Notes: a model not told the origin generated them from the sequence alone. A stretch of 64,000 nucleotides of DNA from Candidatus Kuenenia stuttgartensis (GCA_945870505.1 CAMBSN010000003.1:824-64823), one strand, 5' to 3'. Shown: positions 37,308-53,255, counted from the first letter of the stretch. A program made the numbers and translations.

Positions 37308-37732
37308 GCACTGCCACCGAGGGACTCCGCCCCACACCTCGCGTGATCGCACTGTTCTCACACGGCGACCGCCACTACCAGCCTCTGGATCCGGTCGAAA
37401 TACGCTACGAGGTCGAGGGCCTCGACGACGAGCCACCACGAGCCGTCGAGCATTCTGTGCTCTGGTTTACCGAGGGTAAGGGAGAGGAGGATCTCGGCGT
37501 GCACTTCTTCGAGCGGCTTGTCGCACCCGAACGCCTGCCGCCGACCGCCCCAATGGGCCAGTTCTCCTGCCGCCTGCCCCGCAGCCCGCTCTCCTACGAG
37601 GGAGTGGTCGTGAAGATCCGCTGGTGCGTTCGCGTTCGCTTCTTTTTCGAGAGCGGCCGAGACTATGTCTCGGAGCACGAGTTCACCGTCGGCCTGCTCC
37701 CGCCAGCCCGCCCACTGATGGCCATGCCATGA
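37304..37732 (+). CDS. Hypothetical beta-sandwich protein
   Basis: ATGA overlap with upstream gene; VLWFTEGKGEED, LPRSPLSYEG..VKIRW. Confidence 0.7.
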   Translation: MSTATEGLRPTPRVIALFSHGDRHYQPLDPVEIRYEVEGLDDEPPRAVEHSVLWFTEGKGEEDLGVHFFERLVAPERLPPTAPMGQFSCRLPRSPLSYEGVVVKIRWCVRVRFFFESGRDYVSEHEFTVGLLPPARPLMAMP

Positions 37733-38355
37733 CGCCCGCTTCAGTTGGTGACGACGCAGTGCGAACCGCGTCCAGACTGACCTCTGCGAATCCATTCTCG
37801 ACCCGCTACACGAGACCGGGGGCCGTGCCTCCTCTTGATGCGAGCGGCCGACCACTCGATATCGGCCCACTGCTCGACCGCGTCGTTTGCGGCTGCTGGG
37901 CGGTCGAGGGGCCACATGGCCGCGGCAAAACCACCCTGGTGCGAGCCCTGCTCGCCACGGCTGCGTCTGCCGGACGCACCACGTCGTTTTCGCAGGTGCG
38001 GTCATGGGCCGATGCCTGGCCCACGCTGAAGTCCGTTTCGAGGGCCGGACCGGGCCACATCGTTGCCGTGGACGGCTGGGAACAGCTCCCCTGGGGCGTC
38101 GGCCTGGTGATCGTCGCCGTGGCACGCTGGCGGCGGACGGCCGTGATCGCCACGTCGCACGGACCGATCGGCCTTCCGGTACTCGCCCGCCGCGAGTCGT
38201 CACCGGCGCTGGTCGCCGCGATCATCGAGCGCCTGCCCGATCACCACGGCACGATCTCGGCCGCCGATGTTGAGCAGGCTTTTCGATACCATCGGGGAAA
38301 CGTTCGCGATGCCCTGGCGAGCCTGTATGACCGCTTCGAGGAGCGGCGGCCCTGA
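37729..38355 (+). CDS. Small P-loop ATPase (AAA+-like)
   Basis: NPF, GPHGRGKTTL, VAVDGWEQL, GNVR; ATGA overlap. Confidence 0.75.
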   Translation: MTPASVGDDAVRTASRLTSANPFSTRYTRPGAVPPLDASGRPLDIGPLLDRVVCGCWAVEGPHGRGKTTLVRALLATAASAGRTTSFSQVRSWADAWPTLKSVSRAGPGHIVAVDGWEQLPWGVGLVIVAVARWRRTAVIATSHGPIGLPVLARRESSPALVAAIIERLPDHHGTISAADVEQAFRYHRGNVRDALASLYDRFEERRP

Positions 38356-38548
38356 CGCATGGCCGCCGCGAGCGGGCCGAATATGGGGATCATGACGGAA
38401 GCGACGGTTGTGCGACGCCACCGAGCGAAATTCACGATGCGTCCACTGGTTTTTCGTCATGTCGCGACAGCCGCGCAACCTACGCTTGCGTGTTGCCGTC
38501 GGTTCTGCGGGCATTTTCCCACAGCGGCGGCCAGCGGAGGAACGTGTG

Positions 38549-39724
38549 ATGACGATGCGTCGGATGTCCGTGGCCCTCGTGGCTGCAGTCGGCTTTCAGG
38601 TCATGGGCGGCCTTGATGCCCGGGCCCAATGCTGCTTCAACGACCTCTTTGCGGGCTGTGGTGCGTGCTTCAAGAAGCCGCCCGTCTACGCGGTAGCCCC
38701 CGTGGCCGCGCCGATGGTCGCGCCGGTGGTCGCACCCATCGCCGCCCCGATCGCGGCGCCACCGCCCCCCGTGATGGTTCCCGTCCAGCAGACGAGCTAC
38801 GTGCCCGAGACCACCTACCGCACGCAGTACCAAAACGTGGCGGTCACCACGTACAAACCGTCCTGCGAGGTCGATCCCTGCACCGGCTGCTCCCGGGAGT
38901 GCATGCAACCCGTCACGCAGTACGTCCAGCAGGCTGTGAATGTGCCCGTGACGCAGTATCGGGCCGTCACCACGACCAAATATGTGCAGATGCAGCCGGG
39001 CTACGCTGGCGGCTATCCGGCGGCCCAGCCTGGCATGGCTGCCCCTGGCATGGCTGCCCCTGGCATGGCTGCCCCTGGCATGGCTGCCCCAGCCCCAGCC
39101 GTCAGCCCGTTCACTGCTCCGGTCCAGACAACGCCGCAGGGCTGGGGCGCCGCCGGCGCCGATATCCCGCAGCAACTGGTCCCCGGCTCGGCGCCGCCGG
39201 CTTCTGTGCCGCAGACCTATCAGCAGCCGATCACGCCCCAGACCGGGTATGCGATTCCCGTGGCACCGCAGGCCGGGATCCAGCCGCAGCCGACGCAGCC
39301 GCAGCCCCTCTCGCCAACTCCGTCGATGGCGCCGGCACCGTCGCTGAAGCCCATTCCGGAACTGCCGAAAACAGCAGCGACCCCCGCGGCACCGGCGGTG
39401 GGCACTACCGCTCCAGCCGTCTCACCTTTTGCGACTCCGGCCCCCACCGGTACCACCACCGTTCCACCGCCGTCGGCGGGCATGAATGGTTTTAACTTCC
39501 CGGGTGCGGCCTCTCCGGCCGCCGGCGCGGCTCCCTCGACAGCACCGCTCGGGATGCCGGTCCTTCCCGGCCAGGGGCCGAAGGCTTCAACAAACGCCTT
39601 TCCGCGCCTCCTCGAGCCGACGAGCCACACCACATCGTGGCAGCCAGCCATGCTCGATCCGCTTCCCGGTGGGCGGCGTCCCGGCTATCCAACCGCCGCC
39701 CTACCGGCTCGACTCCAGCAGTGA
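38549..39724 (+). CDS. Secreted Cys-, Pro- and Ala-rich hypothetical protein
   Basis: GGAGG SD, signal peptide, QCC..C..C, VDPCTGC, long Pro/Ala tail. Confidence 0.75.
   Translation: MTMRRMSVALVAAVGFQVMGGLDARAQCCFNDLFAGCGACFKKPPVYAVAPVAAPMVAPVVAPIAAPIAAPPPPVMVPVQQTSYVPETTYRTQYQNVAVTTYKPSCEVDPCTGCSRECMQPVTQYVQQAVNVPVTQYRAVTTTKYVQMQPGYAGGYPAAQPGMAAPGMAAPGMAAPGMAAPAPAVSPFTAPVQTTPQGWGAAGADIPQQLVPGSAPPASVPQTYQQPITPQTGYAIPVAPQAGIQPQPTQPQPLSPTPSMAPAPSLKPIPELPKTAATPAAPAVGTTAPAVSPFATPAPTGTTTVPPPSAGMNGFNFPGAASPAAGAAPSTAPLGMPVLPGQGPKASTNAFPRLLEPTSHTTSWQPAMLDPLPGGRRPGYPTAALPARLQQ
39029..39090. repeat. 15-bp perfect tandem repeat x4 (PGMAA)
   Basis: (cctggcatggctgcc)4. Confidence 0.9.
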
Positions 39725-39825
39725 CCGTGAGCAGCGGCGGCTCCACCGCTTGTCGCCGCACGCCATTCCGCTGACACTTCCGGTGGTCGGGATCCATCCC
39801 TCGACCCCTGGAGCGACGCGGCACC

Positions 39826-41595
39826 GTGACGAACTCCGAAATCGCTTCCGTCTTCGACCACGTCGCAGACCTGCTCGACTATCAGGGCGGTAACGTGTTT
39901 CGGGTGCGGGCCTATCGCAATGCCGCCCACACCATCGGCGGGCTAGTCGAGCCGTTGGCGGCAGTTCGTGCCGACGCGAACCGGGCCCTGACCGACCTCG
40001 ACGGCATCGGCGACGACCTCGCCGGCAAAATCGAGGAACTGCTCGACACCGGCAGGCTGCCCCTGCTCGAGGAACTGAAGGCTCAGGTGCCCGCGGCCGC
40101 CTTTGAACTGATGCGGGTGCCGGGGCTCGGCCCGAAGAAGGTGAAGCAACTCGTCGATGCCCTGGGGATCGACTCGCTCGAAGCACTTGAGCAGGCCTGC
40201 CGCGAGAAGCGGGTCGAGTCGGTGAAGGGCTTCGGGGCCAAAACGCAGGCGGCGATTCTGGACAACATTGCCTTCGCGAAGGATCCGGCCCATGCCCGGA
40301 TGCTCTGGAACGACGCCGACTCCATCGTCCAGGACGTGCTCGGCTGGATGCGCCAGTGCCCGGAGGCTCGGCAGGTGGAGGGAGCGGGGAGTTGGCGGCG
40401 GGGGCGCGAAACCGTGGGCGACCTCGACGTGGTGGTCGACAGCTCGGCGACCGCCGCCGTGATGGACCACCTGGAGCGATGGCATGGCATGGCCGCGGTG
40501 CTGCAGCGCGGTGATACCAAGACGAGCATCCGCGGCCCGCAGGACATCCAGATCGACCTCCGCGTGGTGGCGGAGGAATCGTTCGGAGCGGCGCTGCAGT
40601 ACTTCACTGGCTCGAAGGAGCACAACGTGAAACTCCGATCGCGGGCCAGGGACCGCGGCCTGACGATCAACGAATACGGCGTGCACAGGCTCAACGCCTC
40701 CGCCGACGGGCACCACACTCGCGGCGACACGCTGGCCGGTCGTACGGAGGCCGAGGTCTATGAGGCGGTGGGCCTCCCCTGGATCCCGCCCGAACTCCGC
40801 GAAGGGGGCAACGAGCTTGAGCGTGCCGAACGCCGTGGGCTGCCGACGCTCATTGAACTGGCCGACATCCGTGGCGATCTCCACATGCACACAACTGCGA
40901 CCGACGGCGAGGATACGCTCGCCGACATGGTGCGGGCCGCGATTGATCGCGGCCTCGAATACGTGGCGATCACCGACCATGGCCAACGGGTGACCATGGC
41001 ACGCGGGCTCGACCGCACGCGACTGCTGAGGCAGTGGGATGAGATTGACCGGCTCAACGAGTCGCTCGCCGCCGACAGCATGCCCCCGATCACGGTGCTC
41101 AAGGGGATCGAGGTCGACATGCTCGAGAAGGGTGGCCTTGACCTCCCGGACGAGATTCTCGCTCGGGCCGACTGGGTCGTCGCCAGCCTGCATTACGGCC
41201 AGCAGCAGCCCCGCGATCGGATCACGGCGCGAATCATCGAGGCGATCGAGAATCCGTTCGTCCGCGTGATCGGCCATCCGACGGGGCGGCTGATCAACCG
41301 ACGCCCCGCCTACGACGTCGACATCAACGCCGTGATCGAGGCGGCCGCCCGGACCGGCACCTTCCTCGAGATCAACGCCAACCCGTGGAGGCTCGACCTC
41401 GATGACAGGCATGCCGCGGCGGCGCGGAAGGCCGGCGTACCGCTCGTCATCTCAACCGACGCCCACTCGATCCGCGGCCTCGACGTCATGCGGTGCGGCA
41501 TCCTTCAGGCCCGTCGTGCCGGCCTCGAAAAGGGTGACGTTGCCAACACGAGGTCGCTTGCCGACCTCCGCCGGCTGATGGCGCAGAAGGGGTGA
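39826..41595 (+). CDS. polX: DNA polymerase/3'-5' exonuclease PolX with PHP domain
   Basis: FRVRAYRNAA, GSWRRGRETVGDLD, YFTGSKEHN, GDLHMHT, ITDH, STDAH. Confidence 0.94.
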   Translation: MTNSEIASVFDHVADLLDYQGGNVFRVRAYRNAAHTIGGLVEPLAAVRADANRALTDLDGIGDDLAGKIEELLDTGRLPLLEELKAQVPAAAFELMRVPGLGPKKVKQLVDALGIDSLEALEQACREKRVESVKGFGAKTQAAILDNIAFAKDPAHARMLWNDADSIVQDVLGWMRQCPEARQVEGAGSWRRGRETVGDLDVVVDSSATAAVMDHLERWHGMAAVLQRGDTKTSIRGPQDIQIDLRVVAEESFGAALQYFTGSKEHNVKLRSRARDRGLTINEYGVHRLNASADGHHTRGDTLAGRTEAEVYEAVGLPWIPPELREGGNELERAERRGLPTLIELADIRGDLHMHTTATDGEDTLADMVRAAIDRGLEYVAITDHGQRVTMARGLDRTRLLRQWDEIDRLNESLAADSMPPITVLKGIEVDMLEKGGLDLPDEILARADWVVASLHYGQQQPRDRITARIIEAIENPFVRVIGHPTGRLINRRPAYDVDINAVIEAAARTGTFLEINANPWRLDLDDRHAAAARKAGVPLVISTDAHSIRGLDVMRCGILQARRAGLEKGDVANTRSLADLRRLMAQKG

Positions 41596-41774
41596 TACGG
41601 ATCACACGTGATCCTCGCGCTCGAGTTCGTGGCGAGTGAAAGCCGACCGGCCGTGAGGCCGCGGGCGAATAACGCTAGATCCGGCGTCTGTTGGTGGTTT
41701 ACCCTTAGGCCTCACGGCGTGGGGCTTGGACAAACGGACTCGCAAGGCTCATGCGTAACCCGGATGAGAACCGC

Positions 41775-42920
41775 TCACCGATCCGGCGGCTTCACGCAGC
41801 GGAAGCCGCAGTGGTTTGTCGCACTCGACACCTCCCCCTTGCCACGGGTGCCGACGATGTAGCGGGAACAGTACTGGTCACTGCACAGGAACGATCCACC
41901 CCGCTGGATCCGCTTCGCCTGCCCAGGCTCCGCCGGATCATGGCTGTCGGTCGGTCCGCGCGGGTTGAGCGCGACGCCCTCCGCGGCATCCCCGGCATAC
42001 GTATCCGGGCGATACCAGTCGCTGCACCATTCCCAGACGTTCCCCGACATGTCGTGGAGTCCGTAGGCGTTGGCGGGGTAGCGGCCCACCGGTGCGATGC
42101 CCGGGAAACCATCGTCTGCGGTGTTCTCTCCCGGAAATCGCCCCTGCCAGATGTTGGCCATCCAGCGGCCGCCGGGCTTGAACTCGTTGCCCCACGGATA
42201 GGTCGCACCGGCAAGCCCCCCACGCGATGCACACTCCCATTCCGCCTCCGTGGGAAGCCGCTTGCCGGCCCACGCCGCGTAGGCTTCCGCGTCCTCGAAG
42301 GCAACGTGAACCACCGGTTGGTCGCCCTTGCCCTCGAGGTCGCTGTCGGGGCCCTCCGGATGCTTCCAGCAGGCGCTGGGGACATAGGCCCACCAGCGGA
42401 GGTGCGCTGTTCCGGTGGCATCCCTCAGCGGCACATCCGCGGCCGGCGGCGTGAACACGATCGATCCGGCGACGAGATTCTCCGGCAGAGCGCCGGGGAA
42501 GTCCTCGGCCCGCGGTGGCCGCTCCGCCACGGTCACGTACCCGGTCGCCTTCACGAACTTTGCGAACTGATCGTTGGTGACCTCGTGCACGTCCATCCAG
42601 AAGCCATCCACCCCGACGCGATGCACCGGCCGGGCGTCGCGCATTGGATCAGTCCCACCGAACGGCACGCCACGGGGATCGGAGCAGCCCATCGAGAACT
42701 CGCCGCCGGGCACCCAGACCATCCCTGGTGGTGACTGAGCCGACGCTTGACTCCCAGCAACGGTCGGCTGGAAGGGGCCTTGGGCCGTGGCGGTGTCGCG
42801 TCGCGGCCGGCCGGCCAGCCATACGCCCATGGCGAGGAGCAACGGCAGCAGCCAGATCGACCGTCCCCACGCTCCGCGATGCTTCGTCGGCTGCCGTTGT
42901 TTCACTCGTGCAGCAGTCAT
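41775..42920 (-). CDS. Formylglycine-generating enzyme (SUMF1) family protein
   Basis: EVTNDQF, RLPTEAEWE, GLHDMSGNVWEWC, RGGSFLCSDQYC, GFRC. Confidence 0.92.
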   Translation of the reverse strand: MTAARVKQRQPTKHRGAWGRSIWLLPLLLAMGVWLAGRPRRDTATAQGPFQPTVAGSQASAQSPPGMVWVPGGEFSMGCSDPRGVPFGGTDPMRDARPVHRVGVDGFWMDVHEVTNDQFAKFVKATGYVTVAERPPRAEDFPGALPENLVAGSIVFTPPAADVPLRDATGTAHLRWWAYVPSACWKHPEGPDSDLEGKGDQPVVHVAFEDAEAYAAWAGKRLPTEAEWECASRGGLAGATYPWGNEFKPGGRWMANIWQGRFPGENTADDGFPGIAPVGRYPANAYGLHDMSGNVWEWCSDWYRPDTYAGDAAEGVALNPRGPTDSHDPAEPGQAKRIQRGGSFLCSDQYCSRYIVGTRGKGEVSSATNHCGFRCVKPPDR

Positions 42921-43837
42921 GCCACCTTCCCTCGGAGGATTCGCTTGAGTTGCTGAGCGAGCGTTTCACGACGCGAGGCAGTCCACCAGCGGATGCAGTC
43001 ACGACGGACCCGCTTCGCCGAGGCCGACTCCCGCCGGCTCGCGTCGAGGAGTGTCCGACGGGCGCGATCGTCCACTTGCCCCAGCGACCAGAGCCGGAGT
43101 CGCTCGGCAGCGGCCGCATGGTCGGTGACCTCGCCCAGCCGTGCCTGCAGTCGGCGGAGCGCACGAACGCAGGCAGTGACTTCCGCCGTCGGCGCCGCGG
43201 CGGTGAACAGTTCCAGCGAATACCGCAGCTTCTTCGTATGAACTCGCAGCCGGTGGATCCCGCGATCATCGTGGAGGGAATGGTCGAGGTGGGTGAGGAA
43301 TCGCCTGACAAGCCGTCGCGACCGACGGCGGGCGAAGGAGACAACTGTCTCGGTCGTCGCCGCCGACTCGACAGCAACGAGCAGCGCAGCGGCCTTGCCG
43401 TTCCAGTCGCGGGCTTGCAGGCTGGTGATCTCGTCCTCGAGGTCCCGTCGCGTCGGTGGCCGCTTCTTCGCCAGAATCTCAGCCAGGTGCTTTCGGGCTA
43501 CTCCACCGGCGGCGGATGACCGTGCCGCCGCTGCCGCCCGGCAACGCGTGGTGAGTACGTCGAGATCGCGGGCTTCTCCGGCCGCGCGGCGGATCCGGCG
43601 GAGCGACTTCTTAAACCAGCAACGCTGCCGCCGTGGCACGAACGACCGAAAGGCAGTGATGGCGGCAGCCGCACGACGGGCGGAAATCCGGAGCCGATGC
43701 ACGGCCTCCGCCCGCGGTTTTCCGGTGGCGACGGCAGCGATCGCTCGCGCAACGGCTCCAAGCCGCTGTCGAAGGAGCCGGCTGGCGACGTCCACGGCCG
43801 ATGCTGCATGCGCCGCTCGAACGGTTCGCGACGCCAT
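42917..43837 (-). CDS. CHAD domain protein
   Basis: VHRLRISARR, RDLDVL, IHRLRVHTKKLRYSLE, LQARLGEVTD. Confidence 0.88.
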   Translation of the reverse strand: MASRTVRAAHAASAVDVASRLLRQRLGAVARAIAAVATGKPRAEAVHRLRISARRAAAAITAFRSFVPRRQRCWFKKSLRRIRRAAGEARDLDVLTTRCRAAAAARSSAAGGVARKHLAEILAKKRPPTRRDLEDEITSLQARDWNGKAAALLVAVESAATTETVVSFARRRSRRLVRRFLTHLDHSLHDDRGIHRLRVHTKKLRYSLELFTAAAPTAEVTACVRALRRLQARLGEVTDHAAAAERLRLWSLGQVDDRARRTLLDASRRESASAKRVRRDCIRWWTASRRETLAQQLKRILRGKVA

Positions 43838-43945
43838 CAGAGAATTCACGAGCGGGTTGCACGGAACGGGGGCCGGCGTTCCGGCCCTCAGCGTCACTGT
43901 ACGGGCGGTGCAGCGTGCATTCCAGCATCCACCCGCTGGAGCGGC

Positions 43946-44827
43946 TCAGCGGGCACCGACGGTCTGCGGCCCCGGCTGGGTCGCAGCGGAATCTGCCGGT
44001 GGACGCTTCGATACGACCACGTCGGAAACGAAGATTGTGCCCGCGCCCATTGCTCCCTCGCCCGTCCAAAGACGGCCCTTGACCTTGATCTCATCGCCTG
44101 TCGAGACGAGGTCGAGGCGGGCCGCGTCGATCGTCGCGATGGCATCCGCGTCGAGTTGCAGCGTGATCCTCCGCAGCTTGCCAGCATCCACGCGGAGCCC
44201 GACGAGGTTCTTTTGGACGCTGACGACAGTCCCGACGATCGTCTCCATGCGCTTCGGGCGAACGGCATCAGGAATGAAGCCCGCGGGCGGCGTGACGATC
44301 TCGAAGCTGGAAACTGGCTCGACAGCATACCCCTTGCCATCGACTTCCGCGCGGAGCCTGACGACCATTCCTGTCGTCAGGATGGACGCCGGCGCCCGCC
44401 CGCCGATTTGAAACCGGGTCACTCCGGCCGGGTGGAACTGGGCGATGAGCGGTTCGGCATGGCCCCCCGTGGCATCCGATTCGTCAAAGGCGACCATGCC
44501 GCCGGCGGCCTGGCCCACCACCGCTCGGACAACCCCCTTGAACTCAGCCTCGGGCAGTCGATCGATGACGAGTTGGTTCTCGGCGACGGGCACGGTAATC
44601 GCCTTGTTCGAACCGCGACACGCCCCCAAGTTCCAAAGCCGCTCGTAGCTCTGCTGGAGCTTCGCCGACTTGTAGAACGTCCCCCAGTGGATCGTGCCGT
44701 CCGCTGCGAGTGGTGGCGGCGAATCCTGCGCGTCCGCGTACGGGTTGTACGGGGCGACTTGCCCGGGAGCAGCCGCCGCCCACACGGCAATGACCAACAG
44801 GGGAAGGCAGCAGAATCCGCGTGTCAT
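43946..44827 (-). CDS. Secreted hypothetical protein
   Basis: Signal peptide; beta-rich OB-like repeats. Confidence 0.65.
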   Translation of the reverse strand: MTRGFCCLPLLVIAVWAAAAPGQVAPYNPYADAQDSPPPLAADGTIHWGTFYKSAKLQQSYERLWNLGACRGSNKAITVPVAENQLVIDRLPEAEFKGVVRAVVGQAAGGMVAFDESDATGGHAEPLIAQFHPAGVTRFQIGGRAPASILTTGMVVRLRAEVDGKGYAVEPVSSFEIVTPPAGFIPDAVRPKRMETIVGTVVSVQKNLVGLRVDAGKLRRITLQLDADAIATIDAARLDLVSTGDEIKVKGRLWTGEGAMGAGTIFVSDVVVSKRPPADSAATQPGPQTVGAR

Positions 44828-45009
44828 GGAGTTGTCCTTGCGGGCAGCGACGTCCGCCCTGCTCTGACACTACTTCGGCACGGAAGCGACCGCAAAAAGC
44901 CTGGCGGCCCGGTCATGACGGCCGCACCAGATATGACGACGGGCGTAGCCCGGCTTCCGCCGCAGGCCACGCCCGTATGGTCAAAATCGGTCCGTCCCGT
45001 CAGCGTAGG

Positions 45010-49350
<4,341 letters not shown>

Positions 49351-49499
49351 GGGCGATTCTCCTGGGGCCTTTCGAGGCGACTGTTGATCAACCTTGTGCT
49401 GTCTTGCTGGAGGCTTGACTGTCGTGCGACTCCGGGAACCAAAGGCCCCAGAAGGCTTCTAAGCGGGCGAAGGCCACGATGGCTTCCGCCCGCGCGAAC

Positions 49500-52400
49500 C
49501 TAGATCCGTCGCTTCTCCAACTGCATATTCAACGCCAAACCGCGAATCTCATTGGTCAGCACGTCGAAGCTGGCGGGCGTGCCGGCCTCGAGCGTGTTCT
49601 CACCCTTCACCATGCTCTCGTAGATCTTCGTGCGGCCCTCCACGTCGTCGCTCTTCACCGTGAGGAGCTCCTGGAGGATGTAGGCCGCGCCGTAGGCCTC
49701 GAGCGCCCAGACTTCCATCTCGCCAAACCGCTGACCGCCAAACCGGGCCTTGCCCCCGAGCGGCTGCTGCGTGATGAGCGAGTAGGGCCCGGTCGACCGG
49801 GCGTGCACCTTGTCGTCGACGAGGTGGTGGAGCTTGAGCATGTAGATGTAGCCCACCGTCGTCTCCTGCTCGAGCGGTTCGCCAGTGCGTCCGTCGAATA
49901 GCTGCGCCTTGCCGTGCCGCGGCAGATTCGCGTCGTCGAGAACCTTGTTGATGTCCTCTTCGCTGGCTCCGTCGAACACCGGGGTGATCGCCTGGAAACC
50001 GAGAATCTTTCCGGCCCAGCCAAGGTGAGTCTCGAGGATCTGACCCACGTTCATGCGGCTCGGCACGCCCAGGGGATTGAGCAGGATCTGCAGCGGCGTG
50101 CCATCGGCCAGGAAGGGCATCTCCTCCTTGGGGAGAATCTTCGCGATCACACCCTTGTTGCCGTGGCGGCCGGCCATCTTGTCACCCACGGAAATGACCC
50201 GCTTGGCAGCCACATAGACCTTCACCATCTGGAGCACGCCCGGACGGAGTTCGTCGCCCCGCTTCATGCTGTTGAGGCGGCGCTCCTTGCCGTCGATCGC
50301 TTCCTCAACCGCTGGCCACATCGTCTTGATGATCTTGTCGACGTCGGCCTTGCGTTGAGGCGAGCGGACATCGAATTCGTCCGGCTTGAACGCTGCGGCC
50401 CGCTCCGCCACGACCTTGTGGTCCTGGTTCCGCACGAGCGGGCTGCCGTCGTCGGCAGTCAGGGGCTTCTGGAGCACCTTTTCCATCTCGGCAACCATCG
50501 CCCCGAAGGTCTCGGCGATCCGCAGATTGCCCTCGCTCTCGGCCTCCTTGAGCTGCTTCTGAAACTCCCGCCGCTCGTCCTCGGAAAGGCTCATCTGTCG
50601 CGAGAACTTTTCCGTGGCGGTGACGATGCCCTCAACGCCCGACGGCACCTCCAGCGAGTCGTTCTTCACGTCCTCGCCGGCACGGCCGAAGATGGCATGG
50701 AGCAACTTCTCTTCCGGCGTGAGTTCTGTCTTGCTCTTGGGGGAGACCTTCCCGACGAGGATGTCGCCGGGGCGGACGTAGGTGCCGATGCGGACGATCC
50801 CGGTCTCGTCGAGGTTGTGCAGGGCCCGCTCGCCGACATTGGGGATGTCTCGGGTGAACTCCTCGCGGCCCAACTTCGTGTCGCGGATCTCGATGTCGTA
50901 TTCCTCGATGTGGATCGAGGTGTAGACGTCATCCTCCACCAACTCTTCGCTGATGATGATCGCGTCTTCGAAGTTGAAGCCGTCCCACGCGATGAAGCCC
51001 ACGAGCACATTACGACCAAGGGCGAGCTCGCCCTTGTACGTTGCAGCGCCGTCGGCAAGCACCTCGCCCTTCTCGACCTTCTGGCCAAGTTGCACGATCG
51101 GCTTTTGGTTCTGGCAGGTCCGCTCGTTGAGGCCAACGTACTTCCGCAAATGATAAACGTCCGGGGCAGCGCCACTCGGGGGCGAGACCTCGATCGTCTC
51201 GGCGTCGACGTAGGTGACGGTGCCCTTCTTCGCGGCCCGCACCAGCAGGCCGGAGTTGGTGGCCACATCGCGCTCCATGCCCGTCGCCACCACCGGCGGC
51301 TCCGTGACGAGCAGCGGCACAGCCTGTCGCTGCATGTTGGAACCCATAAGGGCGCGGTTGGCGTCGTCGTGCTCGAGAAAGGGAATCAGACCGGCCGACA
51401 CGCCAACCATCTGGCTCGGAGCGACGTCGATGTACTCAATGTCCTCAGCGGGCACGAGCACAAAGTCGCCCTTGTAACGGGCGATGACCGTGTCGCCAAC
51501 GATCTTGCCGTCGACCACGGTCGCATCGGCCGGAGCAAGATGGGCGTCGTGCTCCTCGTCGGCCCGCAACCAGACGACGTCATCCGTCAGCTTCGACTTC
51601 GACACCTTCCGGTAGGGGGTAACAAGAAACCCGTAGGAGTCAACGCCGGAGTAAATCGCCAGGCTGGAAATGAGGCCGATATTCGTGCCTTCCGGCGTCT
51701 CGATCGGGCAGATCCGGCCATAGTGCGAGATGTGCACGTCGCGGACTTCGAACCCGGCCCGCTTGCGGTTGAGGCCGCCTGGTCCGAGCGCGGAGAGCCG
51801 CCGCTCGTGCGCGAGCATGGAGAGCGGGTTGGTTTGATCGACCACCTGCGAGAGCTCGCCGCGGCCGAAGAAATACTCGATCGCAGCCGAGATGCTCTTG
51901 GGATTAATGAGGGTTCGCGGCGACATCTCCGCGACGTCCTTGAGGCTCATCCGCTCCTGCACGGTGCGGCGGAGCTTGAGAAAGCCCTTGCGGAGTTCAT
52001 CGCTGGCGAGTTCATCGATCGTCCGCAGCCGGCGGTTTCCGAGGTGGTCGATATCGTCGACCTCAACCTCACCCTCGCCCTCACTGAGCTGCAGCATGTA
52101 GCGGATCGCGGCGATCATGTCCTCCGCCCGCAGCGTCATCTCCGTCTCGGGCACGTCGAGCCCGAGCTTGCGGTTGATGCGGAAGCGGCCGACACGGCCA
52201 AGGCGATAACGGTTGGTGTCCTTGAACTTCTCGTCGAACAGCGCCCTCGCCTTGTCGAACGCCGGCGGATTGCCCGGCCGCAGCCGCTGGTAGATGCGGA
52301 TCAACGCATCTTCATGGCTCGGCGCGACCCCGGTCCGCCGCTTCGACTCGTCGGCATCCTCGCGGAGGCTGTTGACGATCAGCGGGACCTTCTGCTCGAG

Positions 52401-53255
52401 CATCACCTCGACACCCTTCAGACCCGAGGTGCAGATCAACTCGGCCTGATCGTGAGTGACTTTGCAGCCGGCGTCGACGATGATTTCACCGGCCCGCTCG
52501 CTCCCCTTCGGATAGACGATGTCATCGACGGCGATCTTGCCCTCGATCTTGGCGACGTATCGGCTACCCTCCGTCTTCACCTTTTCGGTCGTGTAGAAGA
52601 GCTTCAGAATCTCGGCGTCGGAGGTGTACTTGGGGTCCATCGCCCGCAGGAGCGTGAGCGCCGAGAACTTGCCACTCTGGTCGATCCGCACTTGAAGCGT
52701 GTCCTTCTTCGACACGTTCAGCTCGATCCAGCTACCCCGCTCAGGAATGATGCGGCAGTTATGGGTTTTGCGATCGCTCGATTCGGTGTCGGCGACAAAG
52801 TCAATGCCGGGTGAGCGGTGCAGCTGACTGACCACCACGCGCTCAGCACCATTGATGATGAACTCGCCGCCCCCGAGCATGATCGGGACGTCACCAAGAT
52901 AGACCTCTTCCTCAATCGGCTGCTCGCGAGTGAGCCGCAGCCAGACGCGGAGCGGACGACCGTAGGTGAGCCGCAACTGGCGGCATTCATCGGGGCTATA
53001 CCGCGGCTTGCCGAGCTCGTATCGCAGGTACTCGAGTTTCACCGTGCGGTCATAACTCTCGATCGGGAAGATCTCCCGGAGCACGCCCTCGATGCCCTCG
53101 TCCTTGCGCTTGGAGGCAGGCACGCCATACTGCAGAAACTTGTCGTAGAAACGTGTCTGGATCTCGGTGAGGTCTGGAATGAGATGACTGACGCGACGGC
53201 TGCCGAAGTGGCGAACTTCACTGGGCTGGAGACGGCGGACGGCGCGGGTTGCCAT
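49500..53255 (-). CDS. rpoB: RNA polymerase beta subunit
   Basis: [30 protein letters not shown]; start placed at MATRAVRR with GAGGAG SD. Confidence 0.99.
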   Translation of the reverse strand: MATRAVRRLQPSEVRHFGSRRVSHLIPDLTEIQTRFYDKFLQYGVPASKRKDEGIEGVLREIFPIESYDRTVKLEYLRYELGKPRYSPDECRQLRLTYGRPLRVWLRLTREQPIEEEVYLGDVPIMLGGGEFIINGAERVVVSQLHRSPGIDFVADTESSDRKTHNCRIIPERGSWIELNVSKKDTLQVRIDQSGKFSALTLLRAMDPKYTSDAEILKLFYTTEKVKTEGSRYVAKIEGKIAVDDIVYPKGSERAGEIIVDAGCKVTHDQAELICTSGLKGVEVMLEQKVPLIVNSLREDADESKRRTGVAPSHEDALIRIYQRLRPGNPPAFDKARALFDEKFKDTNRYRLGRVGRFRINRKLGLDVPETEMTLRAEDMIAAIRYMLQLSEGEGEVEVDDIDHLGNRRLRTIDELASDELRKGFLKLRRTVQERMSLKDVAEMSPRTLINPKSISAAIEYFFGRGELSQVVDQTNPLSMLAHERRLSALGPGGLNRKRAGFEVRDVHISHYGRICPIETPEGTNIGLISSLAIYSGVDSYGFLVTPYRKVSKSKLTDDVVWLRADEEHDAHLAPADATVVDGKIVGDTVIARYKGDFVLVPAEDIEYIDVAPSQMVGVSAGLIPFLEHDDANRALMGSNMQRQAVPLLVTEPPVVATGMERDVATNSGLLVRAAKKGTVTYVDAETIEVSPPSGAAPDVYHLRKYVGLNERTCQNQKPIVQLGQKVEKGEVLADGAATYKGELALGRNVLVGFIAWDGFNFEDAIIISEELVEDDVYTSIHIEEYDIEIRDTKLGREEFTRDIPNVGERALHNLDETGIVRIGTYVRPGDILVGKVSPKSKTELTPEEKLLHAIFGRAGEDVKNDSLEVPSGVEGIVTATEKFSRQMSLSEDERREFQKQLKEAESEGNLRIAETFGAMVAEMEKVLQKPLTADDGSPLVRNQDHKVVAERAAAFKPDEFDVRSPQRKADVDKIIKTMWPAVEEAIDGKERRLNSMKRGDELRPGVLQMVKVYVAAKRVISVGDKMAGRHGNKGVIAKILPKEEMPFLADGTPLQILLNPLGVPSRMNVGQILETHLGWAGKILGFQAITPVFDGASEEDINKVLDDANLPRHGKAQLFDGRTGEPLEQETTVGYIYMLKLHHLVDDKVHARSTGPYSLITQQPLGGKARFGGQRFGEMEVWALEAYGAAYILQELLTVKSDDVEGRTKIYESMVKGENTLEAGTPASFDVLTNEIRGLALNMQLEKRRI

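Noticed and set aside
39826-41595. polX as part of the mobile replication system
   Set aside because: Canonical PolX-PHP about 27 kb outside the att site, in core context
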